In this document: positions 22,504 through 31,717 of the stretch, piece after piece
Layout of the letters: the number at the start of each line of letters is the position of its first letter
How positions within the stretch are numbered: the first letter of the stretch is position 1
Assembly: GCA_008369845.1 (NCBI GenBank)
Contig: MRSU01003506.1
Location: 1-63,191 of the forward strand
DNA from: Trichomonas gallinae
Taxonomy: Eukaryota
DNA: 63,191 nucleotides
Direction: 5' to 3'
The notes under the pieces: generated by a model
The model's database searches: none
What the model was told of the DNA's origin: nothing
Seen by the model: the letters and a program-made list of their open reading frames with translations, nothing else
Translations under genes and position numbers: made by a program

Positions 22504-23019
22504 TTAGCGTCCTCCGCGACCACCGCGACCGCCACCACGGCCACCGCGTCCTCCTCTTCCACCACGGCCGCCACCGCGCTTTGGAGCTGGAGCATCATCA
22601 GTATAGAATGATTCTTCGTGGCAGCGATTTTCTGGAGCGAAAATCTTGTCACCAACCTTTAACTTCTTAAGATAGCTATTGTCATCTGGAACGAGATTGA
22701 AATAGACATCCGTGAGTGGGCCGAAAACGTCGCCAACTTTACCAACTTTATTGTTCTTTTCATCCATTAAGAAAGTCTGTGTAAGCGGAACAACTCCATT
22801 CTTAGATGTGAGTTTGTAAACTGCAGTATTATTTGCGAGATATTCGAAGGAGCCAATTTCGATAGATTTTCCATTATCAAATCCGTCGCGGTTACCTTTG
22901 TTAAATCCACCATTTCCGCCGCCACGGCCGCCACCGCGTCCGCCGCCGCCGAAACCACCTCTATTTCCACCAGAACCGCCGCGTCCGCCGCCGCCAAAGC
23001 CGCCACGACCTCCACGCAT
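22504..23019 (-). CDS. GAR1: H/ACA ribonucleoprotein subunit GAR1
   Basis: RGG boxes at both ends flank the core ...VGKVGDVFGPLTDVYF. Confidence 0.93.
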   Translation of the reverse strand: MRGGRGGFGGGGRGGSGGNRGGFGGGGRGGGRGGGNGGFNKGNRDGFDNGKSIEIGSFEYLANNTAVYKLTSKNGVVPLTQTFLMDEKNNKVGKVGDVFGPLTDVYFNLVPDDNSYLKKLKVGDKIFAPENRCHEESFYTDDAPAPKRGGGRGGRGGRGGRGGGRGGRGGR

Positions 23020-23572
23020 CTTATGGCTTCAAATTGAATGGTTTACAACGAATTTATTTAAGTGTCTTTGTGTCATTTCGCTATTTTCATTATCTATATC
23101 ATATTTTATAAATATTCTGTCGTTAAACTATAGCTAAAATCTGTGATTTTTTGAACAACAAAATTATTTTCTTGGTTTTTGGATTTTTGGACATCGGAAA
23201 TAGATTGTATACTTTAATTATATTTTATATCTATCAACAAATCCAAAAATTAAAATATTTTTTGAAAAATGTTTTAAAAATATGATAATTGCGATATCTA
23301 TACTAATTCTAATCATTTTACAACGAAAATTTTCATCAAAATCAAGAATCCAGAAATTTTATTGAAATCCATTTCTTGAAGGTAGTGCATTTATATCATT
23401 TTTGATAGCATTATAATTTTCCATATGAATGCATACTGATTATGTTGAGGGTATATTTTCAGATTTTAAAACTCTACATTTGATAGACATTAACATATTT
23501 ATTGGTCATTGATTGGAGAAATATGAATTAAAAATGCTTGTGATTAATACTAAACAATATCGAAATAATGAT

Positions 23573-26500
23573 TTAATTTTTTGAGCTTTCATAATAACTG
23601 TATGAACTTTCCGAAGAAGATTCTTCTTCACTCTCATATGATTCATAGTCATCATCTGATTTCTTTGCTTCTGGTTTCGGTTCATCGAGTTTCTGAAGGA
23701 CTGAAAGATGGACATCGCTGCCATCATCATCATAATCAATGTCAGATGCTTCCTCAATGTCGCTTTGCTCATTCTCCATTCCTGGATCATCTAGCAAATC
23801 TTCATCATTATTGTTATTATTTTTAGGTGCTTCATTCATTCCTGGATCATCAAGAAGCTCATCTTCATCATAGCCATCTGAAGCTTGTTTGAGCTCTCTG
23901 GCGACAACAAGATTCAGATGCTCGTGAGGGGAATCTGATTCTGAATACTCATATTCATATGAACTACTAGATTGTTTCTTTGCTTCTTCTTCAGCTTTCA
24001 GCCTAGATTCTTCCTCAGCCTTGTTCTTTGCCTCTTCCTCAGATTTAATTCTTGCCTCTTCCTCAGCTTTAAGTCTGGCTTCTTCTTCAGCTTTAAGCCT
24101 AGCTTCTTCCTCAGCCTTTTTCTTTGCCTCTTCCTCATCTTTAAGTCTGGCTTCTTCTTCAGCTTTAAGTCTGGCTTCTTCCTCAGCTTTCAGCCTAGCT
24201 TCTTCCTCAGCCTTTTTCTTTGCCTCTTCCTCAGCTTTAAGTCTGGCTTCTTCTTCAGCTTTAATTCTTGCCTCTTCCTCAGCCTTCTCCTTTGCTTCTT
24301 CTTCATCCTCAAGCTTAGCTTTTTCTACTTCATATCTAGACAATTTTTCACCAACTTCAAAATTGTCAAAGATGCTTATTTCGGCTCCATCATCGATATC
24401 TTTCTCTATTGAAGCAAGATGCGTTGCAATCAATGCCCTCTTATCACAATATTCAGATTCTTTGAGAAACTTCAAAACTAAGTTGGTAAAATTAGGGATG
24501 AAAAAGAGATCTTTGAATGTTTCATTAGACTCAGCAAAGATATCTGCTAATGATTGGCACAAATATCCATCAGAACTCGAAGAAATTCTCATGAGAGGTA
24601 TGGATAATGAGCGAACAACAGCAATAGCTGTCATTTTATCAAATTCACCAATGAACTCTTTGATGAGATTCACGTAGTTGAAAATTTTCGTCTGCGATAA
24701 TTCATCCCTGATTAATAATACAATCAACTTCCTTCTGACGTCAACATTTTTGGCGGCAGATATTGCTAATCGGTAATGATGTCTGCTTGCAGCATGATTA
24801 ATCAATCTTGTGAAATCAATGTGAATATGCTTCATCACGTATTCACTGACATATTCCGGATAATAGTATTCCAAGAAAATAGCGTAGTCAACAATAACAT
24901 CATCAGCCAAATGAATATCTTGATTGATTTTCATCAACTCGTGAACTAAAATGCCGCGAGCTTGGAATCCAGAAATCTGGCTCAAAATAAAATGAATGTC
25001 TTCAAAATAATATTGTATCAAAACTTTTGCCAAGCCTGCAGCATCAATTGAAATTATTCCTGTTGCGTTGCTCACGATTGCATTAATGATATCATTATGC
25101 ATGGAATCCTTGAATCTCGAGATTTTCACTAGGAAAGATACTGGTGACTCTTTTTGCATTATTTGGTTTTTGATTATCAAATCATAATTACCAAATTGCA
25201 TTACTAAAAATTGCTTCGCGTTCTTGAACTTGAATGATTCGCAGAGGGGAAGCAGCTTCATTCTAAATTGTAAAGGGAGATCCATTGTTAATATGCTCAT
25301 TAATGTCATTTCGCGCATATCAGGAACAACAAAATTCTTCGTGAAAACGTTCCTCAAAACATATGGAAGCAAAACTGTTGGAAGTTTTACAATGTTTTGT
25401 GAAATTGCTACTTCTGCGCTCTTCCAAAGTTGTGAGTCTGGCATTATGTTCAATGTAGACATTACGTAGAGAACAGCTGTCAAGAATGTTGAAATATTAA
25501 ATGGTGAGTTATTCTCAGAAATAAATTTCGACATTTTGATGATGATTTGGGAAACATTTTCTCCTTTTTGAATTAGATTGAACAAGAATGGGAAAGGACA
25601 TTCTTCTGATGTTGAACATAGCCAAGAGATTAAATCAGATAACTGCGGATACTTTTGATCATTTAGTGCTAATATAATGTAATATGATAATTTGATCCAT
25701 TCATTGCAAGAAGCAGCAACTTTTGAAGCAGATAAATAATCATTCATTTTTGTCGCGTATATTTCAGCTGCTAGCATTGGCTTGTTGCTTCTATAGGCAT
25801 ATTTTAATATGACTGCTGGATTCGCGAATTTTGTCGGAAGATTGATAATGAATGAATCAATTTGCTCGATTTTAGATGAATATTTTATCGCGTAATCGAA
25901 AAATTTTGCATTGATGAAGAAAAACTTAGCAAGAGGATCAGCATCAACTATTTTTGAAGCAAATACTTCCATGAGATTGTATTTCTCGAATATAGACATC
26001 GCTGAGTTAACTAAATACTCATGCAAATCTAATTCTTTCGAAATTGAAATTAATTCATCGATTACAGTTGATGCTGAATTTATATCGCTTTCTAGACTCT
26101 GTTTTATGAATTCTTCTAGAATTGGAGCTAATTCTTTTTCGATTATAAGACTTCTCATTTCTGCGCCTGATGGAAGGTCCGCACATGTTGTGTCATCATC
26201 TGCTGTTGCTAATCTACATAACTCTAAAGCTTCTTTTTTGTTGTGCATTAATCTTAATGCATCCATTTTATCTCCGAATGTATGGAAGTACAATGTCCAT
26301 ATTGTATCTTGTGAAATCACACGGATGTAGTCAGAACTTGAAACTAGATGACCTTCAACATCAATAAATGATTCAGTTCGCTTTCCTTGATCAAACATGA
26401 AAATGGTACACGAAAAGTCTGCATATGTAGTCACAACAATTGATTGTGATACAAAACCTACGAATAAAGGTATTTTTTCGAGAGATTCAAAACAGATAAA

Positions 26501-27241
26501 CTCTGGCTTCACTCCATTTCTGATTTTATATAATACTATTTGGTCAACAGTAGCTAAGGCAACGTATAATGTTTCAGAATCTGTCAAATAAAAAGCAGGA
26601 ATTGCATTTGCAAAAGGTAAATCGACAATAATTTGAAAATCATTGAGAACATTCGCGATTATGAATTTATATGGGAACGATATGCCAACTGTTCCGTAAT
26701 AAGTATTTGATAAGCATGAAGATTGAGTCGATAATCCATTAAATCTTTCTGGAGTCTTAAAAATCGGTGGAAGCATGAGATAAGATGGTGAGGTTGCGAA
26801 ATTACATACTTTTTGTTCATCTACAGTTGCTCCTAAGAAGCTATTTTTCATTGTGAAACGAATCAAATTTCTATCTTCATCTATAGCGATAATAGTATCA
26901 TCCTTTATGAATACTATGTGTAATAATGATTTTCCAATCAATTTATTTACTGTTTTCCACACTTTGTGTTCTAGAAGATCGAAAATAACTAAACTTCCGC
27001 CTTTAAAGGCAACGGCACCGAAAGTGTGGGCTCCATTCATTGTAATGGCAATTGGATTTGATTTAATTGTAAATGGTTTAGAAAATGTGTCATTAATATC
27101 ATTAATTGCGTCGAAAATTTTAATATATCCTTCAACATCGTAATAAAAGAAAATATTATCATGAATGGATATGCCTTGAATCGGACGCTCGATGAAGAGT
27201 CCTTTGATTTCACGCTTTAAAAAGAAACTCTTCTTCTGCAT
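23573..27241 (-). CDS. Vps8-like (CORVET-type beta-propeller + alpha-solenoid) protein with charged repeat and acidic tail
   Basis: N-terminal beta-strand/WD-like region, then a helical solenoid and KAEEEARL repeats. The track ATG (27289) lies inside the promoter motif, so M17 (27241) is the preferred start. Confidence 0.6.
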   Translation of the reverse strand: MQKKSFFLKREIKGLFIERPIQGISIHDNIFFYYDVEGYIKIFDAINDINDTFSKPFTIKSNPIAITMNGAHTFGAVAFKGGSLVIFDLLEHKVWKTVNKLIGKSLLHIVFIKDDTIIAIDEDRNLIRFTMKNSFLGATVDEQKVCNFATSPSYLMLPPIFKTPERFNGLSTQSSCLSNTYYGTVGISFPYKFIIANVLNDFQIIVDLPFANAIPAFYLTDSETLYVALATVDQIVLYKIRNGVKPEFICFESLEKIPLFVGFVSQSIVVTTYADFSCTIFMFDQGKRTESFIDVEGHLVSSSDYIRVISQDTIWTLYFHTFGDKMDALRLMHNKKEALELCRLATADDDTTCADLPSGAEMRSLIIEKELAPILEEFIKQSLESDINSASTVIDELISISKELDLHEYLVNSAMSIFEKYNLMEVFASKIVDADPLAKFFFINAKFFDYAIKYSSKIEQIDSFIINLPTKFANPAVILKYAYRSNKPMLAAEIYATKMNDYLSASKVAASCNEWIKLSYYIILALNDQKYPQLSDLISWLCSTSEECPFPFLFNLIQKGENVSQIIIKMSKFISENNSPFNISTFLTAVLYVMSTLNIMPDSQLWKSAEVAISQNIVKLPTVLLPYVLRNVFTKNFVVPDMREMTLMSILTMDLPLQFRMKLLPLCESFKFKNAKQFLVMQFGNYDLIIKNQIMQKESPVSFLVKISRFKDSMHNDIINAIVSNATGIISIDAAGLAKVLIQYYFEDIHFILSQISGFQARGILVHELMKINQDIHLADDVIVDYAIFLEYYYPEYVSEYVMKHIHIDFTRLINHAASRHHYRLAISAAKNVDVRRKLIVLLIRDELSQTKIFNYVNLIKEFIGEFDKMTAIAVVRSLSIPLMRISSSSDGYLCQSLADIFAESNETFKDLFFIPNFTNLVLKFLKESEYCDKRALIATHLASIEKDIDDGAEISIFDNFEVGEKLSRYEVEKAKLEDEEEAKEKAEEEARIKAEEEARLKAEEEAKKKAEEEARLKAEEEARLKAEEEARLKDEEEAKKKAEEEARLKAEEEARLKAEEEARIKSEEEAKNKAEEESRLKAEEEAKKQSSSSYEYEYSESDSPHEHLNLVVARELKQASDGYDEDELLDDPGMNEAPKNNNNNDEDLLDDPGMENEQSDIEEASDIDYDDDGSDVHLSVLQKLDEPKPEAKKSDDDYESYESEEESSSESSYSYYESSKN
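23978..24310 (-). repeat. Coding tandem repeat, ~24-nt unit encoding KAEEEA(RL/KK)
   Basis: About 13 copies of an 8-aa E/K/R/A unit. Confidence 0.9.
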
Positions 27242-27278
27242 CCGATTTTCGGAAAGCAGTATCGTACTAAAAGTGTCA

Positions 27279-27429
27279 ATATTTGTCATGTAAATTTAAG
27301 AATTATATGTCAATTTGTCATGTAATTTTTGTTTTATTGTCATAAAATTTTGAATATTTTGTCATGTAAATTTAAGAATTATATGTCAATCTGTCGTGTA
27401 AAATTTGTTTATTTGTCATAAAATTTTGA
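27279..27429. repeat. 76-bp tandem duplication filling a bidirectional promoter
   Basis: tttgtcatgtaaatttaagaattatatgtcaat starts at 27282 and again at 27358; both units end in gtcataaaattttga. Confidence 0.9.
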
Positions 27430-27998
27430 TGCTATCGTTTTGTATTTTAGTGAGTTCAAAACGTCCTCAGTACAATATAATAATGGTATCATCGAAGAAT
27501 GAAATGTTATCAGGCAAAAATACAATCCGAATTCCAGGATATCAAGGGGAAGAATTAATTTGCACAGAATCTGATAAAATAAGACAGCCTACTTTCTCAG
27601 GTGATCCAAAAGAATTGCTTTCGAAGTTCGAAGGTAAATGCTTCATTACCAAATACGATGGTGAACAATTTGAATTCTGTTACGGCGGTGAATCCAAGCT
27701 CAACGGAGTATCTCTGGGTTTTTATTCGGATTACGAAATAATTAATCGAAAATTAACAGCAGTCACAAGCAAAGGATATCAATGTGACAATACAACTTAT
27801 ATTTTAACGGCATACTTTTCTTGTGATTATTCAGCTCCAAAATCACAACCAATAATACCCACATTTTGGCACGATCGGGCTGATAAATGTCATATTTTTA
27901 CAGAAGTTTATAATAGACAGCTTTGCAAACACCAAAAGTTTGGCTCTGCACCAGTAATTGATGTAACATGCATGCCAAAGAATATTTTTGAAAAATAA
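27429..27998 (+). CDS. MRH-domain protein, OS-9/Yos9/glucosidase II beta-like ER lectin
   Basis: Cys pattern GKCF...FEFCYG...LGFY...GYQCD...YFSC...KCHIFTEVYNRQLCKH matches the MRH/PRKCSH layout. Short hydrophobic N-terminus. Confidence 0.72.
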   Translation: MLSFCILVSSKRPQYNIIMVSSKNEMLSGKNTIRIPGYQGEELICTESDKIRQPTFSGDPKELLSKFEGKCFITKYDGEQFEFCYGGESKLNGVSLGFYSDYEIINRKLTAVTSKGYQCDNTTYILTAYFSCDYSAPKSQPIIPTFWHDRADKCHIFTEVYNRQLCKHQKFGSAPVIDVTCMPKNIFEK

Positions 27999-28245
27999 TT
28001 TCGACGAATGATTTTTCTACAAATTATGTATATATTTCATTATTAATAGATGTATTACAAGATTAAGCTCAATAATTTATATTATCAAAGTCAAAGATTT
28101 TCATATTTTTCATTTTCTTATCATGTATTGATGTTTTTAATATTAATAGCATATTTCATGCTTATTATAACTTTAGATAACAGTATAAGAAAAACAAATC
28201 AAATAAAAAATATTCAGATAACAAAACATTACCTTAGAAGGGACT

Positions 28246-29292
28246 TTATGATTTAGGCGCAGATTTATCTGATTCATCTAATAGCTCTATTTCAGAATTT
28301 ACGAAACAAATTTCGCAAGTAATTAAATGAAATGAATTTTGTGTTAAGTAAAACTCCGGATATGCATAATTTGTATTGTTGTATTCTGGAAGGTTTGACT
28401 TAAATTCAACTTTGGTAGTTGGACTTTTAAATGATAATACAAAAATATTATAAAGTGGCGCCGTTCTTTGATTAGAACAAACGTTACAGAACACGGTTCG
28501 TACTTGTCCCCATGTTCTTGGATAGTGGCTGTTATACATTATTATTTGCTTTTTCTGATTAGCTGCTCGTGATAACAATCTGTAAAAATATGATTGGGAG
28601 TTGTACAATTTATTTTCACTAACAAAATTGTCTAGCATGGTAATATACTTCGGAGTCATCCAATCGAGATTTATTAATTCAAAGTACCTGGAAAATTTAA
28701 TATCTTGTTCTGCTAATTTCAGTAATAAATAAGCAACTTGATTCTCATTTTGAACACTTAAATCAGGCGATGTGAAAATATCAATTAATGTATCATTGTC
28801 AATTGAAGGAAAAATTGATAATAATTCTTTAAATGACATCTTATAAAAATTTTTGAGAATATAATTCAATGCTTGAGTTGATTTTACGCCTATATTAGTA
28901 AATATTTTGAAAATAGAACTTAGATTCTCAAGAGATATAGGTATTTGATTCAAATAGTTTGGCACATATGATAACAAATCTTCGAATTCGAATGATTTTG
29001 CAAACTTGTAAATATCTGTAATTTCATTAACTCCAAAACTTGAAGAAACTGTACCTTTGGAAAAGAACTCTTGTGCAAAAGATATATGTGTCTTATCTAT
29101 TAAATTTCCTTCTATGCTGAACTTCCTTGTAGATGGATCTGTTTTAGAAATTGTATAAATTTTTCCTGAAAAAGCAACAGCAGCATAATAATGAATTTGG
29201 AATTTTTCTGCGCAATATTCAATTTCACATATATCAGTTGCTGCTACTTCCAGCAGGCGTTGAATCGATTTGGACTCAAACTTAAAATCCAT
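28246..29292 (-). CDS. BTB/BACK-like domain protein
   Basis: FQIHYYAAVAFSGKI, IYKFAKSFEFEDL, ILKNF and DIFTSPDLSVQNENQV (BACK-like). Confidence 0.7.
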   Translation of the reverse strand: MDFKFESKSIQRLLEVAATDICEIEYCAEKFQIHYYAAVAFSGKIYTISKTDPSTRKFSIEGNLIDKTHISFAQEFFSKGTVSSSFGVNEITDIYKFAKSFEFEDLLSYVPNYLNQIPISLENLSSIFKIFTNIGVKSTQALNYILKNFYKMSFKELLSIFPSIDNDTLIDIFTSPDLSVQNENQVAYLLLKLAEQDIKFSRYFELINLDWMTPKYITMLDNFVSENKLYNSQSYFYRLLSRAANQKKQIIMYNSHYPRTWGQVRTVFCNVCSNQRTAPLYNIFVLSFKSPTTKVEFKSNLPEYNNTNYAYPEFYLTQNSFHLITCEICFVNSEIELLDESDKSAPKS

Positions 29293-29743
29293 TAATGGCA
29301 AAATTAAATTTGAAATGTAAAGTGTAGTTTATTTTCAGAATTCTTAAAATCATTCAACAGTTATTTGGTTATTTCTTATTATCCCTGTGGTATTGCGTGT
29401 ATAATTATCCATGTCCGATAGGTTATTGAAAACAAATAGCTAGGTTATTATAAACAAATAATCAACTCAGATTAGCCGATTTGCATTCTTCTCGTTTTGG
29501 AAACCTAATTATTCTCGATTTCTAATTGGTTATATCATAAGATATTTTATCAATACCATCTTCTGCATGTATATATAATAACTGCGAAGTTTGAAGCAAT
29601 TTTCTACAGATCTTCGAGACTTTCATATATTTTGAATTATATCTATTTAATTAACCTTAAATTGTAAATATGTCAGATGCCCCTGTAAAATTTAAAATTT
29701 TGGGGTTAGTCACCCTAAAATTTTAACGTTAGAAAAAAAAATC

Positions 29744-31402
29744 ATGAGCACAACTTCGGAATCTGCAAAAAAGAAAAAGCCACAGAAAACAGTGCTCGTA
29801 AATGTCGAAAACACAAACTATCCTTCTATTACGAGAAATGTTAAGAAAATGGGATGGAAAGTCACAGAAAATTACGAAAAAACAATTTTATTTTGGTACG
29901 ATAACAACGTTTCTGTTGAAGTTTGCTTGTCGTTGTTCCCATGGCAGTTTATAAATCACATTCCAGGCACTTACGTCATATCTCGCAAAGTTGAATTAGC
30001 AAGAAATATGGAAAGGATACAGAAAATGTTTCCGAAGCTTTACACATTTCATCCACGTTCATTTGCTGTTCCGGCACAAGCCCTTGACCTTCAGCAATAC
30101 ATGTCAACTGCATCAATCAAAAATCGCACGTTTATAATTAAACCAGATTTGGGCGCGCAAGGAAAAGGAATCTATCTTATACAAGACCCAGATGATGTCA
30201 TTGATATCACTGAGACAGCTATCGCACAGCAATACATTCCACCGCATCTTCTCGGTGGATACAAGTTCGATTTGAGGATTTACGTCTTGGTTTCTAGTGT
30301 AAATCCACTAAGAATATACACATTCAACGAGGGCATGGCCAGATTCTGCACAGAGCCATACCAGAAGCCTAGGCCTGGAAATCTAGATCAAGTTTACAGA
30401 CACTTAACAAATTATTCAGTAAACAAGAAGAACGAAAAGTTCGAGCAGCCGACAGACACAGAATCCAATGATGGCTTCAAGCGATCATTCACCAGTGTAC
30501 TTCAGGAGATGAAAGAAGAAGGTGTTGACACAGAAAAGTTGATAAAAGACATGCATCAGTTGATTGTTTTGACGATTATCGGCGTTCATTCTTACATCAG
30601 CCATTCTGTCCACACATCTTTCAGGGTTGATGACGGCAAGTCCAGGTGCTTCGAGATCATGGGCTACGATATATTGATTGACAAGAAAAACAAGCCGTGG
30701 CTTCTCGAAGTCAATCATTCACCGTCTTTGCAATGCGACTCTCCTTTCGACAAACAGTTGAAAGACAGTGTGATATCAGGCGCCATGAAAATCATGGACT
30801 TGAATCCGCGCTTCAAGAAGATTGTCACAGAGCAGGAGAAAATAAAGACACAGCAGAGAATAACAGGAAGAGCGAAGGAAACACAAACGAAACCGAATTA
30901 TGATCCAAATAAAGAAACAGAAATTGCGAAAACAACAGGATGGATTCAGTTGTATCCTGTTATCGGCAACGATGAACTGCAAAAGATGTACGACGAAGTC
31001 TTGAAAGTCGAGTCTGAGATGGCTCCAATAGGCAGTGATGAGACAATGGCAAGCAGGCAGAGGAGAGAAGCAATTCAAAAGAAAATAGAAGAATCAGAAA
31101 AGAAAAATCAAATACCTGAAAAGAAAAAATCTGTGAAACCAAAGAAAGCAGTTGAAGAAGCTCCTGTTACTGTACAACCTAAGCCACTAGTGTCTAAAAC
31201 ACCCAGATCAGTTCAATTATTAAGAGAAGCAAAATTAGCAAGAATTAGATGTGATCAGATTCGTGAACAACACATGAAAAGCCAGGATGACCTCCCAGAT
31301 CTCGGAATTCAGCCACCTCCAAGCCTTCAAGCATATTCAAGAGCTGTTCCTCATGTGACAAAACCAAAAATTGTTCCAAAAAATATTATTTTTGATATAT
31401 GA
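29744..31402 (+). CDS. Tubulin-tyrosine ligase-like protein (polyglutamylase, TTLL6/7/13 type)
   Basis: INHIPG, FIIKPDLGAQGKGI, KFDLRIYVLV, EGMARFCT, HLTNYSVNK, CFEIMGYDI and PWLLEVNHSPS. Confidence 0.95.
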   Translation: MSTTSESAKKKKPQKTVLVNVENTNYPSITRNVKKMGWKVTENYEKTILFWYDNNVSVEVCLSLFPWQFINHIPGTYVISRKVELARNMERIQKMFPKLYTFHPRSFAVPAQALDLQQYMSTASIKNRTFIIKPDLGAQGKGIYLIQDPDDVIDITETAIAQQYIPPHLLGGYKFDLRIYVLVSSVNPLRIYTFNEGMARFCTEPYQKPRPGNLDQVYRHLTNYSVNKKNEKFEQPTDTESNDGFKRSFTSVLQEMKEEGVDTEKLIKDMHQLIVLTIIGVHSYISHSVHTSFRVDDGKSRCFEIMGYDILIDKKNKPWLLEVNHSPSLQCDSPFDKQLKDSVISGAMKIMDLNPRFKKIVTEQEKIKTQQRITGRAKETQTKPNYDPNKETEIAKTTGWIQLYPVIGNDELQKMYDEVLKVESEMAPIGSDETMASRQRREAIQKKIEESEKKNQIPEKKKSVKPKKAVEEAPVTVQPKPLVSKTPRSVQLLREAKLARIRCDQIREQHMKSQDDLPDLGIQPPPSLQAYSRAVPHVTKPKIVPKNIIFDI

Positions 31403-31717
31403 TTGTTTTTATTATAAACTATTTGTTTTCATGCATTATTTCAACACCTTTACGTAAATGTTAAATCAAGAGTTTGACATCTTTATCATGATGACCTATT
31501 CTTGAAGCCTTCATCAAATCTGTTTCGCTGAATTTATTTTCAATTATAACAACTCCATAATGTCTATATTTTTGAAGCCAGAATCAAAGTTGTTTCATTG
31601 TATTTGCAATTTGATTAAAAAGTAGATGAAATTCGAAAAAAATAAATAAAAGTTTAGTAAAAAAATAAAATAATTACAGTGATGAATATAAAATGGTAGT
31701 AAAAAATAAAAATATAA

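Noticed and set aside
23972..24677. Plus-strand 146-aa and 218-aa ORFs
   Set aside because: Antisense shadows of the KAEEEARL coding repeat.
27279..27429. CRISPR-like or satellite interpretation of the repeated TTTGTCATGTAAA
   Set aside because: Only two 76-bp units with duplicated rather than unique spacers; eukaryotic context and no cas genes.
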